From contig NW_021833457.1 in the NCBI RefSeq assembly GCF_006345805.1, forward strand, positions 10,276 to 74,275: a stretch of 64,000 nt of DNA. Direction: 5' to 3'. This document shows positions 11,556-24,937 of this stretch, in pieces (the stretch's first letter is position 1; the number at the start of each line of letters is the position of its first letter). The stretch is from Octopus sinensis (Eukaryota). A model generated the notes under the pieces. It saw only the letters and a program-made list of their open reading frames with translations. It was not told where the DNA came from and made no database searches. The translations under genes were made by a program, and so were the position numbers.

Positions 11556-13370
11556 GTAATCTTTTTCTTCTTTACTCATTGCTTCCTGCAACTCATTTAA
11601 CATTTCTTTGGTAAATCCATGAACTGTCTGTAGTAGTGTTTCCAGCTGTTTGTCATTTGTAGCATATAGTTTTATGTCATCCATATATAAAAGGTGGCTG
11701 ATCGTTTTGCTGTAACATTTGTATCTGCATCCAGTTCTATTTAGCATATCAGATAGAGGTGTCAGTGCCAAGCAGAAAAGGAGTGGAAAGAGCATGTCTC
11801 CCTGGAATATTCCTCTACTAATGGGGATGGCTTTGGTTTCCATGAGTCCCTCTTTTGTTTGGAGCTGTAGCACTGTCTGCCATTTATTCATAGAGTGTCT
11901 TATGCATTTTATAATTTTTGGTGCTACCTTGTTAATGGCTAGTGTTTCGGGGATCCATGTGTGGGGAATGCTATCTAACACCTTTCGGTAGTCAATTGAG
12001 GCCATACTGAGGCCTTTCTTCTTTCTACGGCTGTCTTCAGTTATGGCTTTATTGATCATTAGTTAATCTTTACACCCATATGAGCCCTTGCAGCATCCTT
12101 TCTGCTCTTCTGGAAACAGGTTGTTTTCGTCCAGGTGCTCGTTCAATCTTTGCAATATTACTGCAGTAAAGGCTTTTACATTGTAGGGAGACAGGTTATA
12201 GGTCTGTAGTCTTTTGGTTTTGCCGTTTCATTTGATTTGGAAATTAGGATGGTTTTCCCTTTTGTGAGCCATTCAGGCATTGTCTCTGGCTCTGCCAGTA
12301 TGTTGTTAAAGTTTTCAGCCAGCTTTTTGTGCATTCCTGTCAGATATTTCAACCAGAAGTTGAGGATCTTGTTGTGCCCAGGTGCCTTCCAGTTGCTTAG
12401 TCTTTGCAGTGCCTGGGTGACCTCTTCAGTTGTTATGGGGGTCCAGAGTTGCTCAGGTGCTAAGTTTGTTGTTTTAATAGTCCTTTTCTGTGGTTGTTCA
12501 TTGGCCGACCATATTTCTTTCCAGAATTCTTCCACTTCTTCTGCCGTTGGTGCTGCAGTGATGTCTATTTTATTTTTGCTAAGTTCTTGGAAGAACTTTT
12601 GGGGGTTGGAGTTGAACTGTTTGTTTTGTTCAAAGAAACGTTGGCATTTCTCATATCGGCGGATCGTTTGTGCTTTGGCAAGGATATCTTGCTTCAGCTT
12701 TTCTTTTATCTCAGGTAAATCTTTTTCTGTGATGTCGTATTTGCACAGTATTTTTGTTTTCTTTCTGTTGCTTAGTAGTGTTGATTGTCTACTAATTTCG
12801 TTAAGAATCGACAGATCTTTTCTTATTATTTGTATTTTTTTTTTGGATGTTATTTATCCACAGGGTTTGTTTGGGTGGTGGTACTCCTGTTTGGATGGGT
12901 TTGAGGGAGTATCTAGCTTCTTTTGTGGCTGCAGTGGCTGCTGCATATATTATGTCAATTAGCTCAGTGATATTGCTATTTGTTTCAGTGGCTATTAGTT
13001 CTGTGATGGCCAGGTTTATGCTATTTATTATTGATGTTGTTTTTTTGTCTATTTTGATTTTTGGGTGGTATGGTCGGTGATCCATTGAGATCTGTGGTTT
13101 TCAATTCTTTGATTATTCTAGTTTTTATAGTATCATAATCATTAGGTTCCCCTTCGTTGTTTCCAGGTTTTAGATTTGGTTCACTTTCTTTCTCATACGT
13201 GTGTTTTGGTTTGATGCTTTTTGTACATTATTATACATCCCTACGGTCTGGGTTTGTTGTTTTTTGTTTACTTCGTTTTTGTTGGAAATGTTACGTTTGT
13301 CTTCGTGTTTTACTATTTCAGTGTTTATATCATTTGGTATTGTTGTGTGGCTTCTAATTACATTTTCCTG
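11556..13370 (-). mobile_element. R4/Dong-clade LINE, younger 5' half, 3' end missing
   Basis: SNWKAPGHNKI, YRPITCLPTM, RGIFQGDMLFPLLFC and ISHLLYMDDIKLYA motifs. The 5' end abuts a (TAA)n array at 13370-13455. Confidence 0.9.
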
Positions 13371-13384
13371 ATGTATTATTATTA

Positions 13385-13454
<70 letters not shown>

Positions 13455-13455
13455 G
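13370..13455. repeat. (TAT)n microsatellite; also ~3985-4060 and 5690-5810
   Basis: Direct inspection. Confidence 0.95.
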
Positions 13456-13810
13456 AACAAATTGCTTTGACATTTTCTCTATCTTTAGATTCTGAGTTCC
13501 ATTTCAGCCAAGGTTGCGTTTCCCTTTCACCCTTTTCAGGTCCATAAAATGAGTACCATTTAAATACTGGGATGGATGTAATCAACTGGCCTATCCTCCT
13601 AAATTTCAGGCCTTGTCGCCTTATTATCATTATCTATACTGGCATTTGTTTCTCTACTGAAATATGTATGTGAATGCCAAGCATTGCCAAACATTTAGTC
13701 TATCATTTTTGTATGGGTTTTCTCTTTTTCAGCTATCTTCCTACTTCTCCATTTTCTTTCTCTTTCTTTTTTTTTTATTTAAAAAAAAATTTCTTTATAT
13801 ATATATATAT

Positions 13811-14135
13811 AGTGGTTAGAGCGTCGAGCTTACGATCGTGAGGTTGTGAGCTCGAATCCCGGACTGGGCTGCGTGTTGTGTTCTCGAGCAAGGCACTTTA
13901 TTTCACGTTGCTCCAGTTCACTCAGCTGTAGAAATGAGTTGCGACGTCACTGGTGCCAAGCTGTATCGACCTTTGTCTTTCCCTGGATAACACTGGTGGC
14001 ATGGAGAGGGGAGGCTGGTATGCATGGGCGACTGCTGGCCTTCCATAAACAACCTTGCCCGGACTTGTATCTAGGAAGGTAACTTTCTAGGTGCAATCCC
14101 ATGGTCATTCATGACCGAAGGGGGTCTTTACCCTT

Positions 14136-14136
<1 letters not shown>
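13811..14136 (+). mobile_element. tRNA-derived SINE
   Basis: AGTGGTTAGAGCG...GCTCGAATCCC head, followed by a central TTGAGCAAGGCACTT-like / CACTCAGCTGTA domain. Confidence 0.75.
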
Positions 14137-14167
<31 letters not shown>

Positions 14168-14709
14168 TTTGTTTTTTTTGCATAATAATTTTTCCATGCT
14201 TTACAAGACAGGTTAGTTTATTTGTTGAATCAGTTGAATATACTAATCAATGCATCTCTTGTTGCAACCAATCCATTGTGAAATGTTTTTTGTTTAGTCA
14301 TTCATATTGAAGTAAATGGTTATAGACAAACTGGAACTAATGATTTTGCTGAGATCAACAGTGCAGCTTTTTCTTTCATTTTATATGTATAAGACTGCAA
14401 TCAAATATTTTACTATCTTATTTCAAGAAACATGTTTTCTACCTTCATAAAATCTACTTTGCACTGGATGCTTTTATAGTCAGTGGAAAGGTAAAATGGT
14501 AGAGTGCCAGGTCAAGTGACTTAGTTTCATCCTTTCACAATCAGTAACTGAAAATGAACAATGGATCCACAAGTTCCTCGTTAGAAAATTACTAACTTAT
14601 TGTTACTATGTATTTTGGATTTATTATTAGATTAGTCACTATTTTGACAACTTTATTTTAAACCACATACCAATGTTAATGTATTTTGCTTATTTTCCTT
14701 ATTTTACAG

Positions 14710-15057
14710 ATACAAACAATTACTTATACATTTATTCAAGAACAGATACTGAAAATTCAGAAGTTTACATACGGTCACCTCAAGCAGATGTGAAGGAAAA
14801 TTCTAGTGTCACCTTCAAATACTTAATGAGAGGACCTATGAAAGAATTTGCACTCTTTACTTATGACTCTTATTCATCGAAGGAATTGTTGTGGTCTTCA
14901 AATTTCAATGATATTCCTGAATTCATTACTGCTTGTGTGGATTTTCCAAATTCAACAACATTCGGGCTGAATTTTCAGGGTACAGTAAATGCTAATTCAT
15001 ATTGGGACGGATATATATACTTGGATGAAATTGAAGTCCATAATGAAACATGTAAAT
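14710..15057 (+). CDS. Exon A of multi-MAM/LDLa protein (MALRD1-like); C-terminal part of MAM domain 1
   Basis: ttttacAG acceptor, T|GTAAG donor, 348 nt, phase 1-1. Reads DTNNYLYIYSRTD...VYIRSP...VTFKYLMRG...GYIYLDEIEVHNETCK, matching the MAM Y-x-Y / L-x-SP / F-x-Y-x-M-x-G / DIAIDD..C pattern in divergent form. Confidence 0.85.
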
Positions 15058-15115
15058 GTAAGATTCAAAGTATTTTCATTTTAAATTCAATTTTTTCTTG
15101 ATTTAATTCAAATTA

Positions 15116-15996
15116 TGAGGTGGTATCAAAAAGTTCCTAGATTAGTTCTGTAGTGTACCAACAGATGGCAGCATACAGTTGCATGCACAGTGAGAGCTAG
15201 CACTGACCTTCATGATGCAGTGTGTTGCGTGACATTGCTGTGGTTACATTGCAAGTTGTGAAATTTTTGTTTTTGTGATCATGTCTATGGTTGGAGTCTG
15301 CAATTTTTATCATGGACAGAAAGTTAGAACAAAGAGCCAGGGCAAAAGTTTGCATTAAACTTGGGAAGTCTGCTACAGAGACATTGAGCATGCTTTGGCA
15401 AGCTTGCAGTGAATAGGCTGTGGGTTGTACACAAATGTTTTGAGTGGTTCAGGCACACAACAGACTCACAGCTCATTGAAGAGCATGCGCCTCACTTTTT
15501 TTGTCATCTGTAGCATTGTGCATCAAGAATTCAGCCCCCAGAGCCAGACTACCAATCAAGAGTTCTGCTGTGAGGTTTTGAAGTGTTTGAAGGAGGACAT
15601 TCAGCAAAAGCAACTGGATCTGTAGAACATGAAGAATTGTATTCTTCATGACAACAATGCATCCTATCACTTAGCTCTCCACATTCGTGAGTTTCTTGCC
15701 CCAAACAACATAGTGTCACTTCTGCACCTACCCTAGTCATCAGATTTAGCACCTGTGGATTTCCATATCTTTCCCATGATGAAAGTGCAGTTCAAAAGAT
15801 TCCATTTCAACACCATTGTCAAGGTCTTTGACTCACTTGCTGAAAACTGCTTCCAGGCTGGATTCCAAAAGTGACAGGAATGCTGGGATTGGTGTATTGG
15901 TGCACAAGGTGACTATTTCAAAGTAGATGATGTTAAAACTTAAATAAATATGTTATTTAAACATAACTAGTCCAAGAACTTTTTGATATCATCTTG
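15116..15996 (+). mobile_element. Mariner (DD34D) transposon, internally deleted
   Basis: TA flanks on both sides; ~30-bp TIR TGAGGTGGTATCAAAAAGTTCCTAGATTAGTT versus the right-end reverse complement CAAGATGATATCAAAAAGTTCTTGGACTAGTT. HDN..H...P*SSDLAPVDF remnant. Confidence 0.9.
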
Positions 15997-18049
15997 TACT
16001 TTTTCTGATATTTTTGAATCCATTTTCCCATGCTTGCATTGTTAGAATTGTTTCTGTTGCAGTAATAATTTTTACAGTTTTGGATTCCCACCTTAGTTTG
16101 AAAACAGAGTGGCACCTGTAGACAGGCAACTGAGACAATTAGGGGCACAACACAATGGCTGAAGTGAAGTTTCAATATGTAACCATACAATCAGTCATCT
16201 AATAATTTAACATGATAATTATTGTCACTTGTAAATCATCCTATATGTATTAAACAATACTGATCTATATAGATTTACAATATGATCTTTGAGCTTTGTA
16301 TTATCCATAACTTGGCAGAAAGTAAATTGATTCAATATTGCAATCACATTACAAATTCATAAATTAAAAGAATATATTTTCAGCATTTGACCTGTTTTGC
16401 AGTAGACAATTGAAATATAATTTCATACATAAAAATCTATTTAATGTCTTCCGAAATTATTCTCACAAAATCTTTCACTTGGCATATAAAGATATTTAAA
16501 TTGACACTTATTTTGTCACCTAACTGTTGTCAGATGATCAAATAATTTACTTGACTTTTCTCAGATCAGAAATTTCTCAAATGTATAAAATTGTAAAATA
16601 TGCTACTTATACATATTGTGATCAAATAGGTTTCATAAAGGTTCTGGATATTTTCACCTTAATTTTGAGATGCCATTTCTCTTCAAAAACACAAATCTTT
16701 TCCTTCATACTAGAAATTCTAACACTAAAATATCTATCTCCGTATTGGTCAATGTCTGTTTTTTTTCATTAGCTAAATCTAAAGAAAGAAGCTGTACCCA
16801 TGGCCTTCATATGCCTTTCAAGACCATTAAGAATTATACCATTGATGTTCCATACAAGCAGGTCAACACTGTAAAAATATCTGTGGAAGGAGGGAATTCT
16901 AAGGCCAACTTTCTGGAGAAGTAGGCTTGTGTGCAGTGGTTAGTAGAGTTTGGGTAGAGTTGGAGTCAACATGAGTGGTGAGGAGAGATGAGAAAGTTGA
17001 AAGTGTTAAAGTGGAAATGACATAAGACATGCTTACTGTGAGGTGCAGAGGTAGTTGAAGTAACACTAGAAGAGACAGAGATCTTATCTATGTGTGACTA
17101 TGAAAATCAATTAAGCAGACTTCTGTCACGTGGTTGCTTAGTCATCGTTGTTATGGTGGTTTCTTGAAAACCATCATCTTGAGGTCTAACTAGCTGTGTG
17201 TGCAAAGAAATGGAGCAACTCACAAACTTTTAACTTTTAACATATTTATTGCTGGACATAATTTATTGCTTTGGCTGATTACAAAAGAAAGATGCTTATA
17301 ATATAACCGCCAACTTGGAAGAGAGTAGCATACTGTGTCTGTAAAAGGCTAGCTGTGGTACATCGGATATAAGTGTTCAAAATCGTTTCTTGCTTGAGGT
17401 GGTATGCCTTCTGTGAGTACCAAAGGTGTTCTGGATAAATGCCCATGGCTGTTTGGCCAAGTTGGCTGCCAAACAGTTCTTTACAGGGTGAAAAAGGGAC
17501 AGATTTTATATCATCTGAAGAACTTTATCACACCACAGCTTCATGATGACTGGTCAATTTATTGACTAATTGAGTGACATTGTGGTGGCTTACTCATGAT
17601 CCCTAACTGAATATGTTACAGCTGGGGTTCAAATCCCTATGCTTTCTTAGGATGCAGTCATTACTGTTCTGTGAATGGACTTGGTTAATTGAAAGTTAAG
17701 TGCTTTGGCTATGAATAACTGACAACATATGGCCACTAATTCTTGAACTTTATGACTGTTTTTCAGCACTCTGCTTTCTGTTCACTAATATAACATGCAA
17801 ATTTGGCATAAACAAATTGCAGCTTGCATAAACAACCAAGAAGCAGAATATTAAATAACAATACAATTCCATGTTAAGTAATTTCATAATAATTATTTTA
17901 CATCCCTTACTCAGAAAAATTAATTATTGAACCTAGTATGATTTTTTGACAAATGAGAATTCCATTTGTCTGATTAATAAAGCTTCCTCCTCATTGTCTT
18001 TTAGAGTAAATTGTTGGACATTCCTTAAACTCTCATACCTTTAGCACAG

Positions 18050-21000
18050 TCCTCCAACAAACTCTGTATAACATTATCTTATAAGACTGCATCCTAGGAT
18101 TAGTACAGGGATCCATTAGAAAGCCTTCCACATGTGCTTGAATGGAGACATATTGATGTATGCTGCATGCAAGAGGTAAGGTGAAGAGGGGCTTCAGCCA
18201 GAGTCCTCACAAGCAAAGCAGATAGATATAAACTCTTCTGGGAAGGTAATAGTAATGGAATAGGGGTGTGGGCATACTTCTTGCAGAGAAATGGGTAGAT
18301 AAGGTCATAGAGGTAGTGAGGGTGTGCGATAGAGTACTTAAACCCAGGCTAGTTTTGCAGAATGGTATATCTACAATTATCTCTGCCTATGCCCTATAAT
18401 CGGGCCTACCAAATGAACAGAAAGATCACTTTTATGATATTTTTCTGCAGGCTACCTCAAAGACAAGTGACAATGATCTCATCTTTGTGGCTGGAGATTT
18501 TAATGGGCATGTCAGACAGCAAACTGTTATCTTCCATGGTGTACATGGGGCCACGGAGTTAGTACCAGAAATGAAGAGGGAACTAGACTCCTAGAGTTCT
18601 GTGATGCAAATAACCTATTGATCTGCAACACCAACTTCAGGAAGCCAGCTAGCCACCTGATAATCTTTCAATCAGGTGACTCTGCTAGCCAGATTGATTT
18701 AATTCTTACCAGAGAGTGGGATGCATAGTTGCTCTTAAATACAAAGACCCTCCCTGGTGAAGAATGTGCCCCCCAGCATAGACCAGTTATTAGTGACTTT
18801 AGACTTGGGGCCTGAAGGATGCCAAAAAGCAGATCAATCTGGAAAAGAAGGATTGCAAGCTTAAGAACCCTTCATGTGGTCAGAGATTTAGGGATATCCT
18901 TATTGAGAAATTTAATGATAAGGAGGAGGAGCTACAGTCCTGACATAGAAGGCAGCTGGGAATTCCTGCGAGACAGCTTGCTGAGTGCTACAGACCAAAT
19001 CTGTGGTTGGTGCAAAGTCCCTTCCAGGCAGAGGGTAACATGGTGGTAGAGCAATACTGTAGACAGGGCCTATACTGTAAAGAAACAGGCTTGGAAAGCC
19101 TGGAAGAGTTGGGGTAGCAGGAGAATGTATCAGATAGGCAAAAGAGAAGCTAGAAGACAGGTATATATAGCCAAGGGAGTAGCAGAAAAGAAGAAGTTTG
19201 CCAATGTTCAGCGACATGAGAACCAGAGAACTCAAGTATTTCGGATTGCAAGACAGTATGTGAGAGAAAACCATGATGTAATGGAGAGAAATGTGTCTGC
19301 ATGGATGATGGTACCCTTGCATTTAATGATTCTGCAAAGAAAGAGGCTTGGAGATGCCATTATGAAACACTGCTGAATGTGGAGAATGGGGGGAGGAGAG
19401 TCTGCCAAAGGTTGACCCAATTGAGAGACCAGCTACCCAAATCAACTGTACCCTGGCAGATAAAGCAATTAAGGATATGAAGACAGGAAAAGCACCTCAC
19501 CCATCAGAAATCACCGCAAGATGCTTAAAATATCTGGCGGTGTGGGCTATGGTATTGTCACCCACATCATAAATCAGGTGGTTAATGAAGGAGTCATACC
19601 CAATGACTGGTGTAGCAGCACCATAATCAACTGCTGCAAGAAGAAAAGTGATGCTTTAGATAGAAATAACTACAGGTGTATTGAATTATTGATTCATGTG
19701 ATGAAAGTTACAGAGAGGGTCACAGCCCAACTAATTAGGGAGAGAGTTTGCCTAGATGAGATGCAGTTTGGTTTTGTGCCAGCCAGAAGCACCACTGATG
19801 ATATATTTCTGTTAAGGCAACTTCAGGAGAAATATCTAGCCAAAGATAAACCTATGTAATTGGCTTTTGTTGACTCAGAGAAAGCCTTCAACACGGTCCC
19901 CCAATCTGTTATCTGATGGTCAACTTGGAAACTGGGGGTAGACAAGTGATTGGTAAGAGCTGTACAAGCCCTGTACAGGAATGCTGTAAGGTGAGGGTTG
20001 GCAATGAGTATAGTGAAAACTTCCGAGTAGAAGTATGGATCCATCAAGGATCAATCTTCAACACCCCTCTTATTCATTATAGTCCTCCAATTCAAGATTG
20101 GATGCCCCTGGGAGCTACTCTATGCTGAAGACCTTGCTCTAATAACTAAGTCACTGCCAGAACTAGAGACAAAGTCCGGCAAGGTCTAGAATTGAAGTGC
20201 CTTAGGGTTCACCTAGCAAAAACCAAAGTCTTAGTAAGTAGGAAGGCTGTCAAATCACAAACCCCTTCAGGTAGATGGCCCTGCTCAATCTGTAGAAAAG
20301 GCATGGGTAGAAACTCCATGCGATGTACCCAGTATAAGCTAAGGACACATAAAAGGTGCAGCAATATCAATGGAAGGTTAACCGGGAAGATAGTTTTTGT
20401 GTGTGGCAGGTGCACAGGGGCAATAAACACTGAAGATATACAGAAAATAGATTCCGTCACATGCCAGGGGAAGAAACTAGAAGTAGTTAATAGCTTCCGC
20501 TACCTAGGCAACCAAGTCAGTAGTGGGGGTGGTTGCTCTGAGAGTGTAGTGGCTAGAATAAGAATAGCCTGGGCAAAGTTCAGGGAACTCCTACTTCTGC
20601 TGTCAACTAAGGGCCTCTTGCTCAGGATAAAAGGTAGACTGTATGATGCATGTGTGTCAACTACCATGCTACACAGCAGTGAAACACGAGCCATGACTGT
20701 TGAGGATATGCATAGGCTTGAAAGAAATGAAGCTAGTATGATCCGCTGGATGTGTAATGTCAGTGTGCATACATGACAGAGTGTAAGCGCCTTGAGAGAA
20801 AAGTTGGGCATAAAAAGCATCAAATGTAGTGTACAAGAGAGACAACTGTGCTGGTATGGTCATGTATTATGTATGGATGAGGACAGTTGTGTGAGGAAGC
20901 GTAACTCACTAACTGTTGAAGGAACCTATGGAAGTGTTAGACCCAGGCAGACATAGGATGAGATGGTGAAGCATGGCCTTCAAACATTGGGCCTCATAGA

Positions 21001-21633
21001 GGTAATGACAGGAAACCGAGACCTTTGGAGATATGCTGTGATTGAGAAGACCCGGCAACTAAAGTGAGATCGCAGCTATGCATGTCTGGCCCAGTTAAGA
21101 GTATTCCTAATGTATCGGGTGATATGATATGCTTGAGAAGACTGTTGAGTCAAGTGAAACCAATACCATAGCTGTGGCCAGTGCTCCCTGACTGGCACGT
21201 AAAAAGCTTCATCTGAATGTGGCCAATGCCAGTATTCCTTGACTGGCTCCTTTGCCAGTGGCACATAAAAAGCACCATCCAAATGTGGCTGATGCCAGTA
21301 CTCCCTGACTGGCTCCTGTGCCGGTGGCACGTAAAAAGCACTATCTAAACATGGCCAATACCAGTACCCTCTGACTGGCCTCCATGCTGGTGGCACATAA
21401 AAAGCACTATCCAAATGTGATCGATGCTAGGCTCACCTGACTGGCTCTTGTGCCAGTGGCATGTAAAAAGCACCCACTATAATCTTGGAGTGGCTGGCAT
21501 CAGGAAGGGCATCCAGCTGTAGAAATATTGTTCGATCAGATAGGAGCCTGGTGCAGCCGCTGGCTCTCCCGACCTCAGTCAAATCGTCCAACCCATGTGA
21601 GCATGGAAAACAGATGTTAAACGATGATGATGA
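18050..21633 (+). mobile_element. Near-full RTE LINE (APE + RT with internal PHD finger + repeat 3' UTR + (GAT)n tail), pseudogenised
   Basis: APE motifs (DVCCMQEVR, ISAYAP, QIDLIL, QHRPV) and RT motifs (DEMQFGFVP, EKAF, YAED, FRYLG), WPCSICRKG zinc finger, RPRQTW, and ...GATGTTAAACGATGATGAT end. Confidence 0.9.
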
Positions 21634-22005
21634 TCATATTTTTCTATCTACCCAGTTCATTCAGAATGGTTGAATTAATCCAAGGATTTGAAGCAGAAAC
21701 TTTCTCTACATGCCAAGAAAGTAGAATAGAATCTAAAATCTTTTGTTAGAGAAGTGAACTACTTAGCCATTCAGCTATGCACTCTCATACTTAAACATAT
21801 ATCAATTTTGTCCAAACCAAGAGTCCATAGTTTCAATTTTATCATCAGATCATTGAATTTTCAAATATTCTACTAAAAGAGTTTTTAGGAATATATTTAT
21901 ACTAATAGTAAGTAATCCTAGTTAATCTTTTATATCACCTACCAAACTTCTAAAAATATTTAGAATGGTTGAAACTTACAGAAATTAAAAAGAAAATTTA
22001 TATAG

Positions 22006-23475
22006 TACTAGCAGTATCGCCCTGCATTGCTCAGGTTTGTTTCGACCCTTTAGAATTGGAATTTTTGAAAAGTAAAAATTTTGCATTTTGTAGCTTGTTA
22101 TTCTCTTTAAGTGAACATTCTTCTGGTTGAAATACACCAAAAATGGCGACACAGCAGTCAAAAAATTGTAAAAAAAATAGGGATTTGCAAAGAAAAAAGC
22201 ATCTTTTTGATGTAAATAATTTGGAATTTTTTCTTCTATGGAATGAAGAGCAAGCCTTTTTCTATCATACTCCCAATTTTGGTCAACTTGCACCGCAGGG
22301 TCTCGGAGGAGATGGTTTTAGTTGAAGGCTACCAAACCTGCCATACACCGACAACTTCAGCTTTATATATATAAAGAGCACTTCCCATTCGATTTTTGTG
22401 GCAATTCAGTCTGCAAAATAATTCTCTTATTTTGAGCTATTTTTGACACCATTTTCAACTGAGAACTCCTTAAAATGGCACACCCAAAACTGCTAGAATT
22501 TGCATTTTTCAAGCTAGAGAATTCAAACTTGCTCCAATCGATTCAGGAAATTTTTCTACGTATATGCTCATATCTTGTTTTTCAAAAAACACAAAAATTG
22601 AACGTGTTTTTGCCCCATTTTTCTGTTGCATTCATGCAAACACGTGCACAGTCACGCATAGAATCCAACAACTCAAGGCAATAGTGTATGACATCCACTC
22701 ACTCGCAGAAAATGCATTGTTTTGGGCCTTTGTTATCTAGATAGAGACTTGAAACCTACTCTGGCCTTAACTACACCACGCCTTCTATAGGTGTGTAAAT
22801 TTTCAGCTCAATCCTAACACGTCTAGTGCCATTGAATCCTTACCAAAGCCAAAGTATGCAAGTTTTTTTCCTCTTTATATAGGTAGATAGACAAGAGTAG
22901 AGACCACTCAGTGGATCCCTTATATGCTAAAAATAATATTAATTTCTACTCTTACTATCTTTTATCATTCTTTGCTACCTTTTATACTATCAAGTTTGAT
23001 GTATTTATTCTTAAGATTATTAATTGCTTTTTTAACTCCTTTTTTTATTTCTTTATGTTCGATTGAATTAACAGCTACTCTCGCGCTCGTATGCATGCAC
23101 ACACACACACACACACACATGCACACACTCATGCACGCACACACGCACACATGCACACACACATTATTTCGCAACAGATAAGTAATCTTGATATTTATGC
23201 ACAGTCGTTACTTGTAAATGTAATCATTGAAACTACTGAGTTGTTCCCCTTAAAACATATCTATTTCTGAATGCTGAAATATTTTTAAAAATCAATATTT
23301 TTGCCATAGCAACCACATCTTTATAGCTTGCAAATTTTAACCATCGCGGGTCGCATCCTCACCACGCATTTAGTATCCTTGCCAATTTTCAGCTCAATCT
23401 TAGCATATCTAGTGTCATTGAATCCTTAACAAAGTCAAAGTGTGCAAGTTTTTTTCCTCTTTATATAGGTAGATA
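22006..23475 (+). mobile_element. Cluster of 2-3 Helentron/HINE-type non-autonomous elements
   Basis: 5' TACTAGCAGTATCGCCCTG..CAGG hairpin start; 3' ends CTTTATATATATAAAGA and CTTTATATAGGTAGATA. The ~92-bp 3' block is repeated at 22798-22889 and 23384-23475. Confidence 0.5.
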
Positions 23476-24085
23476 ATACGGGAGTTATTATTTTTGATAA
23501 TATGAATGCATAGTTTTAAACAAAGAAGAATAATGATAAGTACCACGATGTTGAAGAATAAAAAGTCTATTCAATATTTTGTCTTTAATAAGTTCTAAAC
23601 ATGAAATAAAATCTTTAAAATGAAATGTTAATTGTACACAATATCAGAACTATCATGGAAAGTTCCATAAACATAGAGTATAATAAAAAGATGAGCAGGG
23701 AATGACATTGATATTAACCTATAAATTCTTGAGACAGTTTTTCAACTAATTTTTCAGTTGTCTTATGCTTTGTATGCTTGATTCTTTTTTAATATGCAAA
23801 TTTATGTTATTTTTATCAACGGTCATATCAGAGAATGTAATGTGATTTAAAGTCTTCAAGGGAAATGTAATACCATTAATTTAACATTTTTCATTTCCCA
23901 ATTTGAACTTATCAGACTTAAAATATTGAATAAATTTACTATTCTTGTTGCACATTCTTATACTTTCATTGTTCAAAGCTTATATTTCAAATAAATTATT
24001 TGATGATTTAAATTAACTATATGATTTTCCATTTTATTTTGTCTTCTATAAATTCACTAATTTTATTGATCATGTGTTTCAACAG

Positions 24086-24238
24086 TGGGTCTTACATACC
24101 ATTTTTGCAAATTCAAAGAAGTACATCTGTGCAATTTCCAAGTTAAATGTCCAGAGAATACCAGATATAACTGGAGCCAAGGATCTTCTTCAGATTACCG
24201 AGAGATTCCATATCTTCATCGCTACTCAAATGACAGAC
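24086..24238 (+). CDS. Exon B; N-terminal part of MAM domain 2
   Basis: tttcaacAG acceptor, C|GTAAGT donor, 153 nt, phase 1-1. Reads GLTYHFCKFKEVHLCNFQVKCPENTRYNWSQG..., the C-x-F...C...W start of a MAM domain. Confidence 0.8.
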
Positions 24239-24473
24239 GTAAGTCAGATATTATAATGCATTATCATATATTCTGTAAACCGTTATCAAATAGTTATTAT
24301 TAAGGTTAAGATACCTTCAGTAAAATTTCCTCTTTAAAAAATCCATTATATTTTGACATTTTACTAAATTTGAGATATTTATAGTGCTTCTCCTACTCCT
24401 CCAACTGCTGCTGAAGCTACTACTACTACTTACAGTTGCTACCACAGCAGTAGTAGTAGTAGTGAATGCATTC

Positions 24474-24778
24474 AGGACACATGGCCTAGTGGTTAGGGTG
24501 TTGCATTCATGATCATGAGATCATAGTTTCAGTTCCTAGACTGGATGGTGCATTGTATTCTTGAACAAAACACTTCATCTCACGTTGCTCTGTGAACACT
24601 TCGACACCAGACATGTTGTACACCACGCATCTGTTCAGCAAATGTCGATTGAATGGAGGGAGGGAGCTTATGTACAGCACAAGCATTTGATTACTATAAA
24701 CAATTCACTTGTGCAGGACATTCAGCAAAAACTGAACACATATACATCATCTTCCACAGGAGAGTCCATCATACGTTA
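24474..24778 (+). mobile_element. tRNA-derived SINE (degraded)
   Basis: TGGCCTAGTGGTTAGGGTG...GTTTCAGTTCC head; the body resembles 13811-14136 at its start. Confidence 0.65.
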
Positions 24779-24937
24779 ACATTCACAATCAAAATAAGAG
24801 AAGGAAGAGGAGGAAATAATGCTGTCATTTGTTCTTATAGTGTTCCTTATCAACTACTTTTTTGGCAATAAAAGAAACTAGTAATGAACATGTCATTGTT
24901 TTGTCCTTTAATTCCCATTTTCTTGCTTTTCTTTCAG

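Noticed and set aside
12237-12962. Longest ORF in the track (241 aa, + strand)
   Set aside because: It is the antisense shadow of the Dong RT frame, hydrophobic by codon bias and without any motif.
17124-17579. Solo LTR (TGTCAC...GTGACA ends) interrupting a degraded LINE
   Set aside because: No target-site duplication (ACTTC versus TTGTG) and no second copy in the window; plausible but unsupported.
21150-21480. CRISPR-like appearance of the ~66-bp periodic array
   Set aside because: The whole unit is repeated with no unique spacers, there are no cas genes, and it lies in a eukaryotic LINE 3' UTR.
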